A DNA stretch of 64,000 nt from an uncultured Gemmatimonadales bacterium. GTDB taxonomy: Bacteria; Gemmatimonadota; Gemmatimonadetes; Gemmatimonadales; GWC2-71-9. This document shows, one piece after another, positions 53,986 to 63,838 of the stretch. Made by a program: the position numbers and the translations under genes. How positions within the stretch are numbered: the stretch's first letter is position 1; each line of letters starts with the position of its first letter. The stretch covers positions 454,409 through 518,408 of the forward strand of contig CAWHST010000004.1 of the NCBI GenBank assembly GCA_963832055.1, written 5' to 3'. Below the pieces are notes generated by a model. That model saw nothing but the letters and a program-made list of their open reading frames with translations, was not told the DNA's origin and ran no database searches.

Positions 53986-54960
53986 GTGCCCCGGGTATCG
54001 GTGGTCATTCCGCTCTACAACAAGGCGGCGTCCGTCCGCGCCGCGGTCGACTCGGTCCTGGGGCAATCCTACGCCGACTTCGAGCTGATCGTGGTGGATG
54101 ACGGCAGCACCGACTCCAGCGCATCGGTCGTGGCGGGCAGCAGGGATGGGCGGATCCGGCTCCTGGCCCAGGCGAACGCGGGGCCGGGCGCGGCGCGGAA
54201 TCGGGGCCTCGGAGTGGCGCGCGGCGAGTACGTCGCCTTCCTCGACGCCGACGACGAGTGGGAGCCGGAATTTCTCGACCTGGCCGTGGCCGCCCTCGAC
54301 AGTCATCCGGAATGCGGTGCCTGGGTGTCGGGCCGCGCGGTCGGGCCGGCCCGCGCGAGCCAGGGCCCGCGCAACCGGCGAATGGGGCTCACCGGCGGAC
54401 CCTGGCGGCTCCCTCACCAGACCCCGCCCAAGGCGCTCAAGTTCTACGTGGACTTCTGTCACTCCAGCTGCGTCGTGGCCCGTCGCTCGCTGGTGCAGCG
54501 CTACGGCGGGTACTACGATGCCGGCCGCAGTACCTACGGCGAGGACAGCTACCTCTGGCTGACCTTCGTCATGAATCATCCGCTGTACGTGGATCCGGAG
54601 CCGCGCATCTGGTTCCACACCGAGCACTCCAGTCTCGGCTCCGCGCTGCTCGGGGAGCACCCGGTGCGTCCCGCCCTGATCGCCAGCGAGCCGCTGCTCG
54701 ATCGGTGCGATCCCGCGTATCTCGGCGAGCTGCACGACCTGCTGGCGTACTACCGGCTGATCGAGACCGAGAAGATGGCGGGGCAGGGACGACTGGGGAG
54801 GGACGAGCTGGACACTTGGCGGAAGCGCTTTCCATGGCGGCGGGGCGTCCGCGGGAAGGTCGCGATGCGGGAGAGGGTCGTCTCCGCGGCGGCCGCCTGG
54901 CCGCTGGTCAGGAGAGCGCTGGGGTGGCTGACCCGACCCGGTCGCCGAACGAATAGTTGA
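53986..54960 (+). CDS. GT2 glycosyltransferase
   Basis: VSVVIPLYNKAASVRAAVDSVLGQSYADFELIVVDDGSTDSS...NAGPGAARNRGL...YVAFLDADDEW. Confidence 0.88.
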   Translation: MPRVSVVIPLYNKAASVRAAVDSVLGQSYADFELIVVDDGSTDSSASVVAGSRDGRIRLLAQANAGPGAARNRGLGVARGEYVAFLDADDEWEPEFLDLAVAALDSHPECGAWVSGRAVGPARASQGPRNRRMGLTGGPWRLPHQTPPKALKFYVDFCHSSCVVARRSLVQRYGGYYDAGRSTYGEDSYLWLTFVMNHPLYVDPEPRIWFHTEHSSLGSALLGEHPVRPALIASEPLLDRCDPAYLGELHDLLAYYRLIETEKMAGQGRLGRDELDTWRKRFPWRRGVRGKVAMRERVVSAAAAWPLVRRALGWLTRPGRRTNS

Positions 54961-55644
54961 AGGCCTCGACGTCTTTCCGGAACAGCCGAGCCACGAACTC
55001 TCTCGACTCGTCGTCGTAGTACTGGGTGTAATGCCCGAAGGTGTGTTTCCTCTCCCGGCTCCAGAGCGCCCGGCGGAGCTGCTTGCGAAGCTCTCGAAAG
55101 GAGTCGGGCCGCGCCTGCTCCAGCGACCGGTTCACCCTGGGCAGGCGGCGTCGGCGGGATGCCGAGCGCGGGCGCACACCTGGTCGAAGTCGGCCTGGAG
55201 GCTCTCGAATCTCCCCACGAAGTCCACCAGCAGCTTCCCCGCCTCGTCGTGCAGGAATTCATACTGCGGGATGACGTGCGAGTAGGTATCGGTCCAGCCG
55301 GGCGCCGGGAGGTGCTTGAAGAGGTAGGTCTTGAAATCGATCTTGACCGGATACCCGCGGTACTTGTACTCCGAGACGATTCGGTCCCACGGGTTTCGCA
55401 CGAAGGAGAACTTGAAGTACGAGGCGAACTGCTCCGCCGTCAGATGTCCCCGGGCGACGTACTCCTCGGCCTTGAGATGCTCCAGTCGGGGCGGGCCGAG
55501 CCTGGGGTCCTCGTTGCCGCCCAGCAGCAGGGGCGCTCGATTTTTCCAGGTCAGTCCTACCAGCCGTAGAAAGACGTCCTCGATGCTCATCCCCGCGGTC
55601 TTCGGGATGTGGACGAACAGGCAGCGGTATTCGCCGCAGATCAT
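54908..55644 (-). CDS. Sulfotransferase family protein (Sulfotransfer_2-like); frameshift near ~55160
   Basis: MICGEYRCLFVHIPKTAGMSIEDVF...FKFSFVRNPWDRIVSEY...IPQYEFL...VGRFESLQADF (ORF 55132..55644), continuing in ORF 54908..55177 (...YYDDESREFVARLFRKDVEAFNYSF). The 3' end overlaps the convergent GT2 gene by ~50 nt. Confidence 0.75.
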
Positions 55645-55705
55645 GCCGGACTCCTCGACAAGTGGTCATGCCCCCGGGCTGCCATCTCCTGCGCTCGGTC
55701 GCGGC

Positions 55706-56143
55706 TCACTGACGATCCGGCTGCCGCAAGTGCGGCACGCCGGTGTCCGGCCTGCCACGCCGCAGGTCCTGTCGGGCCCGCTCGGCCAACTCCTCGTACT
55801 CCGCACGGATTCGATCGAGCTCGTGGTCCTCGAGCTCCTCCAGGTCGAGCAGTGCCACGTGGGCCCCTTTGGTGACGCGCAGCAGCTCGTCCAGCTTGAC
55901 CTGCACCGCCTCGCTGTCGCGGTTCTGCGTGCTCTGGATCAGGAACACCATCAGGAAGGTGACGATGGTGGTGCCCGTGTTGATCACCAGCTGCCAGGTA
56001 TCGCTGAATTGAAAGAGAGGGCCGGTCGCGATCCAAACGAGTACGGTACCGGCGGCAAGGAAGAAGGCGATCGGCCTTCCGGCGACCCGGCTGGTCGCCT
56101 TGGCGAATCGAGTGAACCAGGACCGAGACTTGGTGGGGCGCAT
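55706..56143 (-). CDS. Low-affinity iron permease family membrane protein
   Basis: MRPTKSRSWFTRFAKATSRVAGRPIAFFLAAGTVLVWIATGPLFQFSDTWQLVINTGTTIVTFLMVFLIQSTQNRDSEAVQVKLDELLRV. This is the ATG-initiated tail of track ORF 55706..56587. Confidence 0.75.
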   Translation of the reverse strand: MRPTKSRSWFTRFAKATSRVAGRPIAFFLAAGTVLVWIATGPLFQFSDTWQLVINTGTTIVTFLMVFLIQSTQNRDSEAVQVKLDELLRVTKGAHVALLDLEELEDHELDRIRAEYEELAERARQDLRRGRPDTGVPHLRQPDRQ

Positions 56144-56378
56144 GGAGGCTCCGGGGAGAGATAGAGCACTCAGGGCCCCTCTTGCGAAAAAGTCCAGCCC
56201 CACCCCAATTTTCGTGGTACGGGCGACAGGTCCACGCCCAACCTCTTCGGCCTTCCCCCAGCGGAGGCCCTCGGGAGGCAAAGGGGGGCAGACTCCCGGA
56301 TCGAGTTGAAGCCTTTGGCGCCGCCGCGAGCGACGCTGCTGGGGAGCGTGCTCGTGGCCCGACCAAAGGATCCCACCG

Positions 56379-57038
56379 ATGACGGCCAATAAAGACTTCA
56401 AGCGTCTCGTTCGCGGGCGCATGCTCAAGACCGGCGAATCGTATACCGCCGCGCGCTCCCATTTCATCAAGACGGCTCCTGTTGCGAGGCCCGAGTACGC
56501 CAAGCTCGCCGGCTGGAGCGACGACCTGATCAAGGCGAGGACCGGCTGCGACTGGAACCGCTGGGTCAAGGCGCTCGACTCCGCCAAGGCCTACGAATGG
56601 TCCCATCGCGAGATCGCCCGCCATGTCCACGAGAAATACAAGGTGGCCCCCTGGTGGACCCAGACGGTGACGGTGGGGTACGAACGGATCAAGGGTCTCC
56701 GGGCGATCGGCCAACGGAGGGACGGGGGCTACGAAGCCAACAAGAGCAAGACCTACCCGGTCCCCCTCGGCCGGCTCTATCGCGGGTTCAGTGACAAGCG
56801 CAATCGTGCGAAATGGCTGCCCGGCGTGGATCTCACGGTTCGCTCCGCCAGCAAAGACAAATACATGCGGATCAGCTGGCCGGATGGCACCTCGGTCGTG
56901 GTGGGCTTTCTGTCGAAGGGCAGAGGCAAGAGCGCGGTGTACGTGCAACACGGCAGGCTGCCCGACAAGGCCGCGGCCGACAAACTGAAAGTATTCTGGG
57001 GTGAGCGGTTCGCGGCATTGGCCGAGGTGCTTGCGTAG
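56379..57038 (+). CDS. DUF4287-like N-terminal domain protein (hypothetical)
   Basis: ...CDWNRWVKALDSAKAYEWSHREIARHVHEKYKVAPWWTQTVTVGYERIKG resembles DUF4287. The C-terminal half is unassigned. Intact 219-aa ORF. Confidence 0.6.
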   Translation: MTANKDFKRLVRGRMLKTGESYTAARSHFIKTAPVARPEYAKLAGWSDDLIKARTGCDWNRWVKALDSAKAYEWSHREIARHVHEKYKVAPWWTQTVTVGYERIKGLRAIGQRRDGGYEANKSKTYPVPLGRLYRGFSDKRNRAKWLPGVDLTVRSASKDKYMRISWPDGTSVVVGFLSKGRGKSAVYVQHGRLPDKAAADKLKVFWGERFAALAEVLA

Positions 57039-57046
57039 GCAGACAT

Positions 57047-57080
57047 CGCCCCGCCTGGCTGAACGAGCCAAGGCGGGGCG
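57047..57080. terminator. GC-rich hairpin between convergent genes
   Basis: CGCCCCGCCTGGCT GAACG AGCCAAGGCGGGGCG, with one bulge. It lies between the stops at 57038 (+) and 57096 (-). Confidence 0.55.
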
Positions 57081-57095
57081 CTGTTCACGGTGGGC

Positions 57096-57596
57096 TCAGC
57101 CGCAGGCGTCGCGGGCGACCAGCTTGTCGACGACGACGTCTCCGTTGGCATTCACCGTGAGCTTGATGCGGACGGCCAGACGGGCGTTCAGCGCCCCTCC
57201 CTGGCCGATGAGGCGGGTGTAGTCGTTGAGAATGGCTGAGAAGGTTCCCCCAGCCGCGAGGTTGGTATTGTCGAAGAGCCGGTCGTTCCATTGATAGCGG
57301 GCACCGGTCACTTGCCCGATTCCCACACCCTTGGCATTGATGTGGAACCGGAAGCGCTCCTTCCCGTTTGGGCCCACGAAGAATTGGACGACCTGGTGGA
57401 ACGTCCCGCTCACGTCCACCGCCTCGCCACAGGTCGTGACCGTGAAAGCGAAGGGCTCAAAGCTCGGGTTGGGCACCGCGAAGCTGGGCTCAAGGGGCAC
57501 TGCACCGTCTCCAGTCATCGATTCAGGGGCGGTCCCTGATTCACAGGCCAGGAGGAGGAACGCGGCGCACGCGGACAACAACGCCGAGCGTGACAT
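57096..57596 (-). CDS. Hypothetical lipoprotein
   Basis: MSRSALLSACAAFLLLACESG has a lipobox (LLAC). The mature part is beta-rich and ends ...VARDACG. This is the ATG-initiated part of track ORF 57096..57698. Confidence 0.6.
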   Translation of the reverse strand: MSRSALLSACAAFLLLACESGTAPESMTGDGAVPLEPSFAVPNPSFEPFAFTVTTCGEAVDVSGTFHQVVQFFVGPNGKERFRFHINAKGVGIGQVTGARYQWNDRLFDNTNLAAGGTFSAILNDYTRLIGQGGALNARLAVRIKLTVNANGDVVVDKLVARDACG

Positions 57597-57754
57597 GAGA
57601 GCTCCTTTCAGGCAGACGGTTTCTCTTGACGTCGGGGCAGGCGCCGCACTCTCGTGCCCCGGTACTATATAGTGGACCGCTTTCCTAGTGCAACGCACCT
57701 CCGGCTACAGGGACAACCCGGTCGGAGTGGGGAGGTCTCATTTCCCGCCCGTCC

Positions 57755-57785
57755 TTGACTTAGAGCGCTCTAACTCTCCTATACT
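57755..57785 (+). promoter_or_regulatory. MerR-type promoter: TTGACT - 19-nt spacer containing dyad TTAGAGCGCTCTAA - TATACT
   Basis: -35 TTGACT at 57755-57760. The spacer 57761-57779 is exactly 19 nt. -10 TATACT at 57780-57785. A perfect 14-bp palindrome at 57760-57773 overlaps the -35/spacer junction. It sits 49 nt upstream of the MerR-family gene's ATG. Confidence 0.6.
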
Positions 57786-57833
57786 GCTTCCAGCGAGTTG
57801 TTCCGATACCCGGATGCAGGAAGGACAGGTCTC

Positions 57834-58346
57834 ATGGCTACCCAAACCCGACCCCCGATTGCACGACGCCGCGCGCCGCGCCTGCTCCCTGCGATGCCCA
57901 GCCCCACTGCCCCCTCACGAGATGGACTCACCGTGCAGGAGACGGCGGAGCGCACCGGCTTGAGCGAACATACGCTGCGCTACTACGAGCGGGCCGGCCT
58001 TCTGACCGCCGTGCGCCGTGACGGCTCGAGCGGTCACCGGCGCTACTCGGCCGACGACGTGGCCCGAATCAGCACCCTCGCATGTCTCCGCGCGACCGGG
58101 ATGCCCCTCGAGCAGATGCGCCGCTACTTCACACTGGCGGCCCGGGGGCGGAGCGCCGCTCACGAGCTCCGCGCCCTCCTGGAGGAACAGGAAGGCGCGC
58201 TCGAGGAGCGCATGCAGGCCATGCAGCGGCACCTGGACTACGTACGTCGAAAGATCGACTACTGGAGGGCGCTCGAGGCAGGGAAGGACGCCGTCGCACG
58301 ACGGATCGCCGACGAGCTTGCCTGCCAGACCCGAACCACGACCTGA
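57834..58346 (+). CDS. MerR-family transcriptional regulator
   Basis: LTVQETAERTGLSEHTLRYYERAGLLTAVRRDGSSGHRRYSADDVARISTLACLRATGMPLEQMRRY, followed by a coiled-coil dimerisation helix. The start is set at ATG 57834 (GGAAGGA upstream), and the track ORF starts at 57798. Confidence 0.88.
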   Translation: MATQTRPPIARRRAPRLLPAMPSPTAPSRDGLTVQETAERTGLSEHTLRYYERAGLLTAVRRDGSSGHRRYSADDVARISTLACLRATGMPLEQMRRYFTLAARGRSAAHELRALLEEQEGALEERMQAMQRHLDYVRRKIDYWRALEAGKDAVARRIADELACQTRTTT

Positions 58347-58361
58347 ACCCAAGGAGTTTCC

Positions 58362-59462
58362 GTGACACATACCCATGACGCACCCGCGGCCGGCACCGCG
58401 ACCCTGGCCCGGGGCCTTCCGACCCGAGGCTATGCCGCCGCGAGCGCCCGCTCGCCGCTGGCGCCGTTCGAGTTCGAGCGGCGGGCGCCCGGCCCGAAGG
58501 ACGTCCACATCGACATCCTCTTCTGCGGCGTCTGCCACTCCGACCTCCACCAGGCGCGGGACGAATGGGGCGGGTCCATGTTCCCCATGGTACCCGGGCA
58601 CGAGATCATCGGGCGGGTGAAGCAGGTCGGCGCCGAGGTCACCCGCTTCACCGCCGGCGACCTGGTCGGCGTCGGCTGCATGGTGGACTCCTGCCGCCAC
58701 TGCGCCGAGTGCCGCGAAGGGCTGGAGCAGTTCTGCCAGAACACGCTCACCCTCACGTACAACAGCCCCGATCCCATCCTGGGCGGTTCGACATACGGCG
58801 GCTACTCGAACCAGATCGTGGTGGACCAGGATTTCGTGCTGCGGGTGTCGGAGAAGCTCGATCCGGCCGCCGCGGCCCCGCTGCTCTGCGCCGGGATCAC
58901 GACGTACTCGCCGCTCCGCCACTGGCGGGTCGGCCCCGGTCAGCGGGTCGGCGTGGTCGGCCTGGGAGGGCTCGGCCACATGGGCGTCAAGCTCGCCCGG
59001 GCGATGGGCGCGGATGTGTCGCTCTTCACGACCTCTCCTGGCAAGGCGGACGATGCCCGGCGGCTCGGCGCCGACGAGGTGATCGTCTCCCGGAATGCGG
59101 AGGAGATGAAGCGCCACCGCCGCCGGTTCGATTTCATCCTCGACACCGTGGCTGCGCCGCACGACCTCGATGCCTATCTCACGCTGCTCAAGCGGGACGG
59201 CACGCTCTGCCTGGTCGGCGCGCCGGACCAGCCCCACCCGTCTCCGACGGCATTCAACCTGATTCTCGCGCGGCGACAGCTGGCCGGCTCCGCCATCGGG
59301 GGCATCAAGGAGACCCAGGAGATGCTGGATTTCTGCGCCGAGCGGGGGATCGTCTCGGACGTCGAGGTGATCCCGATGGAGCGGATCAACCAGGCGTACG
59401 AGCGGATGCTCAAGGGCGACGTGAAGTATCGATTCGTGATCGACCTGGCGACGCTCGCCTAG
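58362..59462 (+). CDS. NAD(P)-dependent Zn alcohol dehydrogenase (cinnamyl-ADH/YahK-like MDR)
   Basis: ...ILFCGVCHSDLHQARDEWGGSMFPMVPGHEIIGRV...CRHCAECREGLEQFC...VGVVGLGGLGHMGVKLA... Confidence 0.92.
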   Translation: MTHTHDAPAAGTATLARGLPTRGYAAASARSPLAPFEFERRAPGPKDVHIDILFCGVCHSDLHQARDEWGGSMFPMVPGHEIIGRVKQVGAEVTRFTAGDLVGVGCMVDSCRHCAECREGLEQFCQNTLTLTYNSPDPILGGSTYGGYSNQIVVDQDFVLRVSEKLDPAAAAPLLCAGITTYSPLRHWRVGPGQRVGVVGLGGLGHMGVKLARAMGADVSLFTTSPGKADDARRLGADEVIVSRNAEEMKRHRRRFDFILDTVAAPHDLDAYLTLLKRDGTLCLVGAPDQPHPSPTAFNLILARRQLAGSAIGGIKETQEMLDFCAERGIVSDVEVIPMERINQAYERMLKGDVKYRFVIDLATLA

Positions 59463-59491
59463 GTCCAAGGCGGCGGATCGAATATGGGAAA

Positions 59492-59525
59492 AGCGACGCC
59501 CAGGGTCCGGACCCTGGGCGTCGCT
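59492..59525. terminator. Perfect 34-nt palindrome (bidirectional terminator-like)
   Basis: AGCGACGCCCAGGGTCC|GGACCCTGGGCGTCGCT lies between the ADH stop (59462) and the inferred end of the convergent DUF1877 gene. Confidence 0.6.
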
Positions 59526-59545
59526 ACCCCGCAGCCAGTGCTGGA

Positions 59546-60152
59546 TTACGGAGATAGCCACGAGCAGACCGAATCCTCTGCCGGCAACGACGGACACGGT
59601 CTCTCTCAGGCGTCCGACATCCTCGAGGAGGTGGCCCAAAAATTCCTCGCTCCAGGACCCGGGATAGATCTCCAGCCGGGTCATCTCGACGGAGTTCGCC
59701 CTCGCCCGCACCTCGTCGTCGCCCAGCCGCATGAGCGCGTCCGCGATGCGACGGGTGTCAGCGCTGTTGTGGGTCAGCAGCGGAGGCTCGCCGTCCTGAA
59801 GCTCCAACTCCCGTCCACCACCCATCAGGAAGTTCAGCGGCGGCTCGCCCTCCTCCGACGTCCCGGTCAGCAGATAGTGTAGCCCGTGCCAGGACTTCTC
59901 GAAGTCGCCGAGCCGGTCCAGATCGCCCTCTCCTGGGGCGAGCTCCAGCGGCGGGGGGACTGGCGGCGGCTCCGCCTTCGCTCCCCGAAAGAGCCGTGCG
60001 AAGAGGCCGGGCCGCGGCTGCAGATCGGCGCGAGCCTCCGCCTCCCGCTCGGGTCGCTCAGGGTCCATCACCCGCCAGGCGAGTGGGGGGTCGGCGTGCA
60101 GCCGCTCGATGGTGGCGTCGCTCAGTGCGTAGATCGCTAGGTAGATGCCCAC
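59546..60152 (-). CDS. DUF1877 (YfbM-like) protein; 3' end inferred
   Basis: MGIYLAIYALSDATIERLHADPPL...FEKSWHGLHYLLTG...EIYPGSWSEEFL...GFGLLVAIS. Track ORF 57915..60152 has no in-frame stop and runs antisense through the ADH and MerR genes. A TAA at 59546-59548 is reached with a 1-nt shift next to ...VAIS, just before the palindrome. Confidence 0.6.
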
Positions 60153-60327
60153 GGGCCCGCCTGGTCAATATGGCTCGCAGAGCCGCCATCACCGCCTGCG
60201 TCGAGGGTGCGGTTCGACGGCCGAAGGATCGAATAAACCGAAATCCGTCGCCGGCGGCAACGGCGACCCAGCGGCGTCGGGGCTGGGCGATCGCCCAGCC
60301 CGTGACCGGCGTGCTTGCCGAGTATCG

Positions 60328-60718
60328 TCAGCGGGAATCGCCGTGCACGCGCGCAATGGAGCGGCCAACATACCTCTCGATCACGAGGTCGACCTGCTCC
60401 CCGGCCTGGAGCCGAACCGGACGCGCCCAATAGCTCCCACCGCCATCCGAGACTGCGAGGAAGGAGTTCCGGCCGGAAGGGCAGCGTGCCGCCTCAGGCT
60501 GAACTTCGAATGCCGCGGCTCCCTTCTTCGGGATATAACCGAGCCATCTCCCCTCACGGACGCCGCACGTCAGGTACACGTCCACGTCACTGCGGTTGTA
60601 GCTGTGGCCGGAAATCTGGATCGGCGTGGCCGGCGGTTCGGGGTTTCTGGGTATGCCGGCGCAAGCTCCCAAGAGCAGCGCCGCGGCGGCCCACCAGCCT
60701 GGCCGGCGGCCAATTCAC
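60328..60718 (-). CDS. Hypothetical small lipoprotein; frameshift in the signal-peptide region (~60700)
   Basis: The frame of ORF 60328..60672 extends upstream as ...RRPGWWAAAALLLGACAGIPRNP, with a lipobox LGAC. The GTG at 60716-60718 comes into frame if one C is removed, giving MNWRRPGWW... Confidence 0.45.
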
Positions 60719-60722
60719 GGGG

Positions 60723-62224
60723 TTACGGGCCGACGGTTACCATCTTCGCGACCGAAGGGACACCCGCGCCATTGATCAGGAACAGCATGTACGGTCCGGG
60801 CGGCGCCAAGGCGCCCCTCTCCGGGGCCACGCTGGTGAGGGTGCGTGGAGTTGGTCGCCTTCACGGCTAGAGGAAAGAGGAGCTGGCTCTGGTTGAACCC
60901 ATGGGTGACCGAGGACAGCCGGATCAAGGTGGCCCGGCTGATGGACCCCGCGTTCGGCGTCTGGATCGTGAACGACTGTCGGTAGGAGAGGCGCGACGGC
61001 GCCGAGGTGATGCTCGGCCGGGGGGCAGGGCTGCCATCGGCCTTGAACAGGTAGGGCGGGGTGAACACTTGCGCCGAGAGCTCGCTGTTGCGCAAAGGCG
61101 ATCCCACCCCCTTCGCCGCTCCCGGTCGAGAGCACCCTGCCGTTGGGCAACAGGATCGCCGACGAGTGGTAGGTCCGGTTGCGGCTCTCCGAGGCCATGG
61201 TGGTCCAGGACTCGGTCTTCGGGTTCCAGAGCTCAGCGGCGCGAACGGCGGCTGCCTGGTTGTTGAAGCCGGCCCCCCTGGTTCCGCCTGTCACCAGCAC
61301 ACTGCCGTCGGCCAGGATGGTGGCGTTCAACTGGCGGCGCGGGAATGCCATCGGCGGCACGGTGCGCCAGGCAGGGGCGCTCTGGTTGAGATCGATCACC
61401 TCCGCCGAGGCCGTAGGTGGAAAGAGAGTGTCGCGCGCGAGGACACTGTCGACGCCGCCGCCTACGTAGAGGATCTTCCCGGGTGCATACATCACCGCCG
61501 ATCCAAGCTTCCTGCCTACGACCTCCCGCTTGTCCACCGGACTCCATTGACCGGTCCCGGTGACGTCCAGATAGGCGGAGGTCGGTGTGAAGCCGGCGAG
61601 GAACACCTTGCCGTTCGGCGCGACGAACATCGCCGGATAGAAGGGATTGGCAATGGCCAGCGGGGCCGTCGTCAGCCGGCGCCATCCGCTGCCGGATCGT
61701 ACTTCGGGGATCCTGACGACCGCCCTGGCTGTGTCGTGGCCCGACATGACCAGAACGTCGCCGTTGGGCAGGGTGGTGGCAGTCGGGTAATAGCGGCCCT
61801 GGGCCATCGAGGCGGTGGCGCTCCACGTCTTGGTCGAGGGGTCGAAGATCGTGGCGTAGCGCAGGCCTCGGGTGCCCGGGCTGGTTCCCCCCATGACCAG
61901 AAGCCGGCCATCGGAGAGGAAGGTGTGACCCGTGCAGTAGATCCTGAACGGCTTCGGGGCCGCCGGAGTGAAGCCGGCACTCGCGCTCCAGAGGTAGGCC
62001 CCCTTCTGGTCACCCCACAGCAGCACTTTGCCGGTTCGCAGCAGGTGCACGTGCACCGCGACTGACGGCGTCGTGAACACCGGCGCCCAGCGCCCCGTCG
62101 TGGCTGCGGTGCTCGCGGCGACTGAGGTCGAGGGCTCGGTGACGTCAGGTGCGTCCTGACACGCGTAGATGACCAGCAATCCGAGTCCGAGCAGGGCTAA
62201 AGTCAGCAGTGCCAGCGGCTTCAT
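60723..62224 (-). CDS. Glyoxal/galactose-oxidase-like protein (Kelch beta-propeller + DUF1929-like C-terminal domain), lipoprotein; two frameshifts (~61085, ~60860)
   Basis: MKPLALLTLALLGLGLLVIYAC..., then Kelch-like blades (LLWGD..., YCTGHTFLSDGRLLVMGG, YYPTATTLPNGDVLVMSG, ...MYAPGKILYVGG, ...LADGSVLVTGG, YHSSAILLPNGRVLSTGSG). Next comes ORF 60715..61107 (AQVFTPPYLFKADGSPAPRPSITSAP...ATLIRLSSVTHGFNQSQ). After correction the end reads ...PGPYMLFLINGAGVPSVAKMVTVGP*. Confidence 0.8.
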
Positions 62225-62474
62225 CGTGCCCTCCTCAGGGTCGGACCGTACGTGACGCAGTGTCCTGGCTGCCCCGGTCGGGCAGCGGGAACGTCACGAA
62301 CCATGTGTCATGGCCTTCAAGCCGATGTCAAGTGGCAGGGCGCTTCCGCCATGTGCCTCGATCGGCCAAATCCCACCTCGACCGAAGTCGAAGCGGGGAA
62401 GCCGTTCGCTTGGGTTATGTTTCGCCGGGCGATTTCGATGCTTGTGTCAAACCCGAGGAGATGGTTGGAAGCCT

Positions 62475-63338
62475 ATGAAAACAGCAGCTTTGATCTTCAC
62501 CGTCCTGTTGTCGACCGCCGTGTCGGCGCAGGCACAAAAGCCAACAACCGGTTACGCGCCGGTCAACGGCCTCAAGATGTATTATGAAATCCACGGCAGC
62601 GGCAGCGGCGAACCTTTGGTGTTGCTGCACGGTTCGTACATGACGATTTCGAGCAATTGGACCGAGTGGATCGGCGAATTCTCGAAAACCCGCAAAGTCA
62701 TCGCCGTCGAAATGCAGGGCCACGGACGCACGGCCGACATCAACCGCGATTTCAGTTATGAAAACCTCGCCGACGACATTGCCGCGATGCTCGATTACCT
62801 CAAAATCAAGCAGGCCGATTTGCTCGGTTACAGCATGGGCGGCGGCGTCGCGATGCAGGTCGCCATCCGCCATCCTGAAAAAGTGCGCAAAGTTGTCAGT
62901 ATTTCTGCCGTTTTCCGCCACGACGGCTGGGTCAAGGAAGCGCTCGACATGTTTCCGCAACTGACGGCCGACATCTTCAAAGGCTCGCCCATCGAGACCG
63001 AATACAAGAAGCTCAGTCCGACGCCCAACGAGTTCCCGAACTTCGTCAAGCGCGTCATCGCGATGGATTTGAAGCCATACGATTTCGGAGCCGATAAACT
63101 CAAGGCCACCAAGGCCCCGTTTCTTTTCATACACGGCGATGCCGACGGCGTCCGACTGGACCACATCTCTGAAATGTTCCGCCTCAAGGGCGATGAGATT
63201 TTTGGCGACATGCGGCCGCGCTCGGAATCCAGGTTGGCCGTTCTCCCGAACACGACACACATTACGCTGATGGAAAAAGGCAATGCCATCATCCCCATGG
63301 TAAACGATTTCCTCGACGCCAAATCGCAGAAAAAATAA
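62475..63338 (+). CDS. Secreted alpha/beta hydrolase
   Basis: Signal peptide [21 protein letters not shown], then ...LVLLHG...[13 protein letters not shown] (nucleophile elbow)...FIHGDADG...TTHITL. Codon usage is visibly less GC-rich than upstream genes. Confidence 0.88.
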   Translation: MKTAALIFTVLLSTAVSAQAQKPTTGYAPVNGLKMYYEIHGSGSGEPLVLLHGSYMTISSNWTEWIGEFSKTRKVIAVEMQGHGRTADINRDFSYENLADDIAAMLDYLKIKQADLLGYSMGGGVAMQVAIRHPEKVRKVVSISAVFRHDGWVKEALDMFPQLTADIFKGSPIETEYKKLSPTPNEFPNFVKRVIAMDLKPYDFGADKLKATKAPFLFIHGDADGVRLDHISEMFRLKGDEIFGDMRPRSESRLAVLPNTTHITLMEKGNAIIPMVNDFLDAKSQKK

Positions 63339-63356
63339 AGCCCGGACATCCGGGCT
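63339..63356. terminator. Short hairpin directly after the hydrolase stop
   Basis: AGCCCGG ACAT CCGGGCT lies right after the TAA at 63336-63338. There is no downstream T-tract on the plus strand; the A-run upstream belongs to the coding end. Confidence 0.35.
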
Positions 63357-63460
63357 GCGGGAAACCTCGAGATGGGGCCATTGACCACAGGGCAGCTTTT
63401 CAGCCTCTAGCGCGCCGCTGAGAAAGGCCCTAGGCTAAACAACCCAAATCAATCAGCCCT

Positions 63461-63838
63461 ATGTCCACGCTTCTCGTGATTGATGACGAACCCGTAGTAC
63501 GTAAGCTGGCCTGCCAAGCCCTCCGGCAGGCCGGTTATGTCTGCCTTGAGGCCGATTCCGCCTTGGCGGCGCTGGAGCAGCTCCAGTCAGATCCGCAGCG
63601 GCTCGACGGCATGATCGTAGACATCAGGCTTCCGGATATGAGCGGGCTGAATCTCGTCCGACTGGCGCGCATCCATCGGCCTGGAACGCCGGCCCTCTTC
63701 ATTTCTGGCTATGCCCAGCCTGTTGCAGAGGAGCCTGAACTCCAGCAGCTTTTACAAGCCTTCCTGCCCAAGCCATTCACACCTGATCAGCTCTTAGCGG
63801 CTGTCCGCGAATTGCTACCCGCACCGCAGTCAGCCTGA
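63461..63838 (+). CDS. Single-domain response regulator (CheY-like receiver)
   Basis: MSTLLVIDDEPVVRKLACQAL...GMIVDIRLPDMSGLNLV...LFISGY...LPKPF. Intact 125-aa ORF. Confidence 0.88.
   Translation: MSTLLVIDDEPVVRKLACQALRQAGYVCLEADSALAALEQLQSDPQRLDGMIVDIRLPDMSGLNLVRLARIHRPGTPALFISGYAQPVAEEPELQQLLQAFLPKPFTPDQLLAAVRELLPAPQSA

Noticed and set aside
57915-59545. Downstream ~540 aa of the 745-aa minus-strand ORF 57915..60152.
   Set aside because: This part runs antisense to the clearly real ADH and MerR genes and crosses a perfect palindromic terminator. Only the N-terminal ~200 aa match DUF1877.
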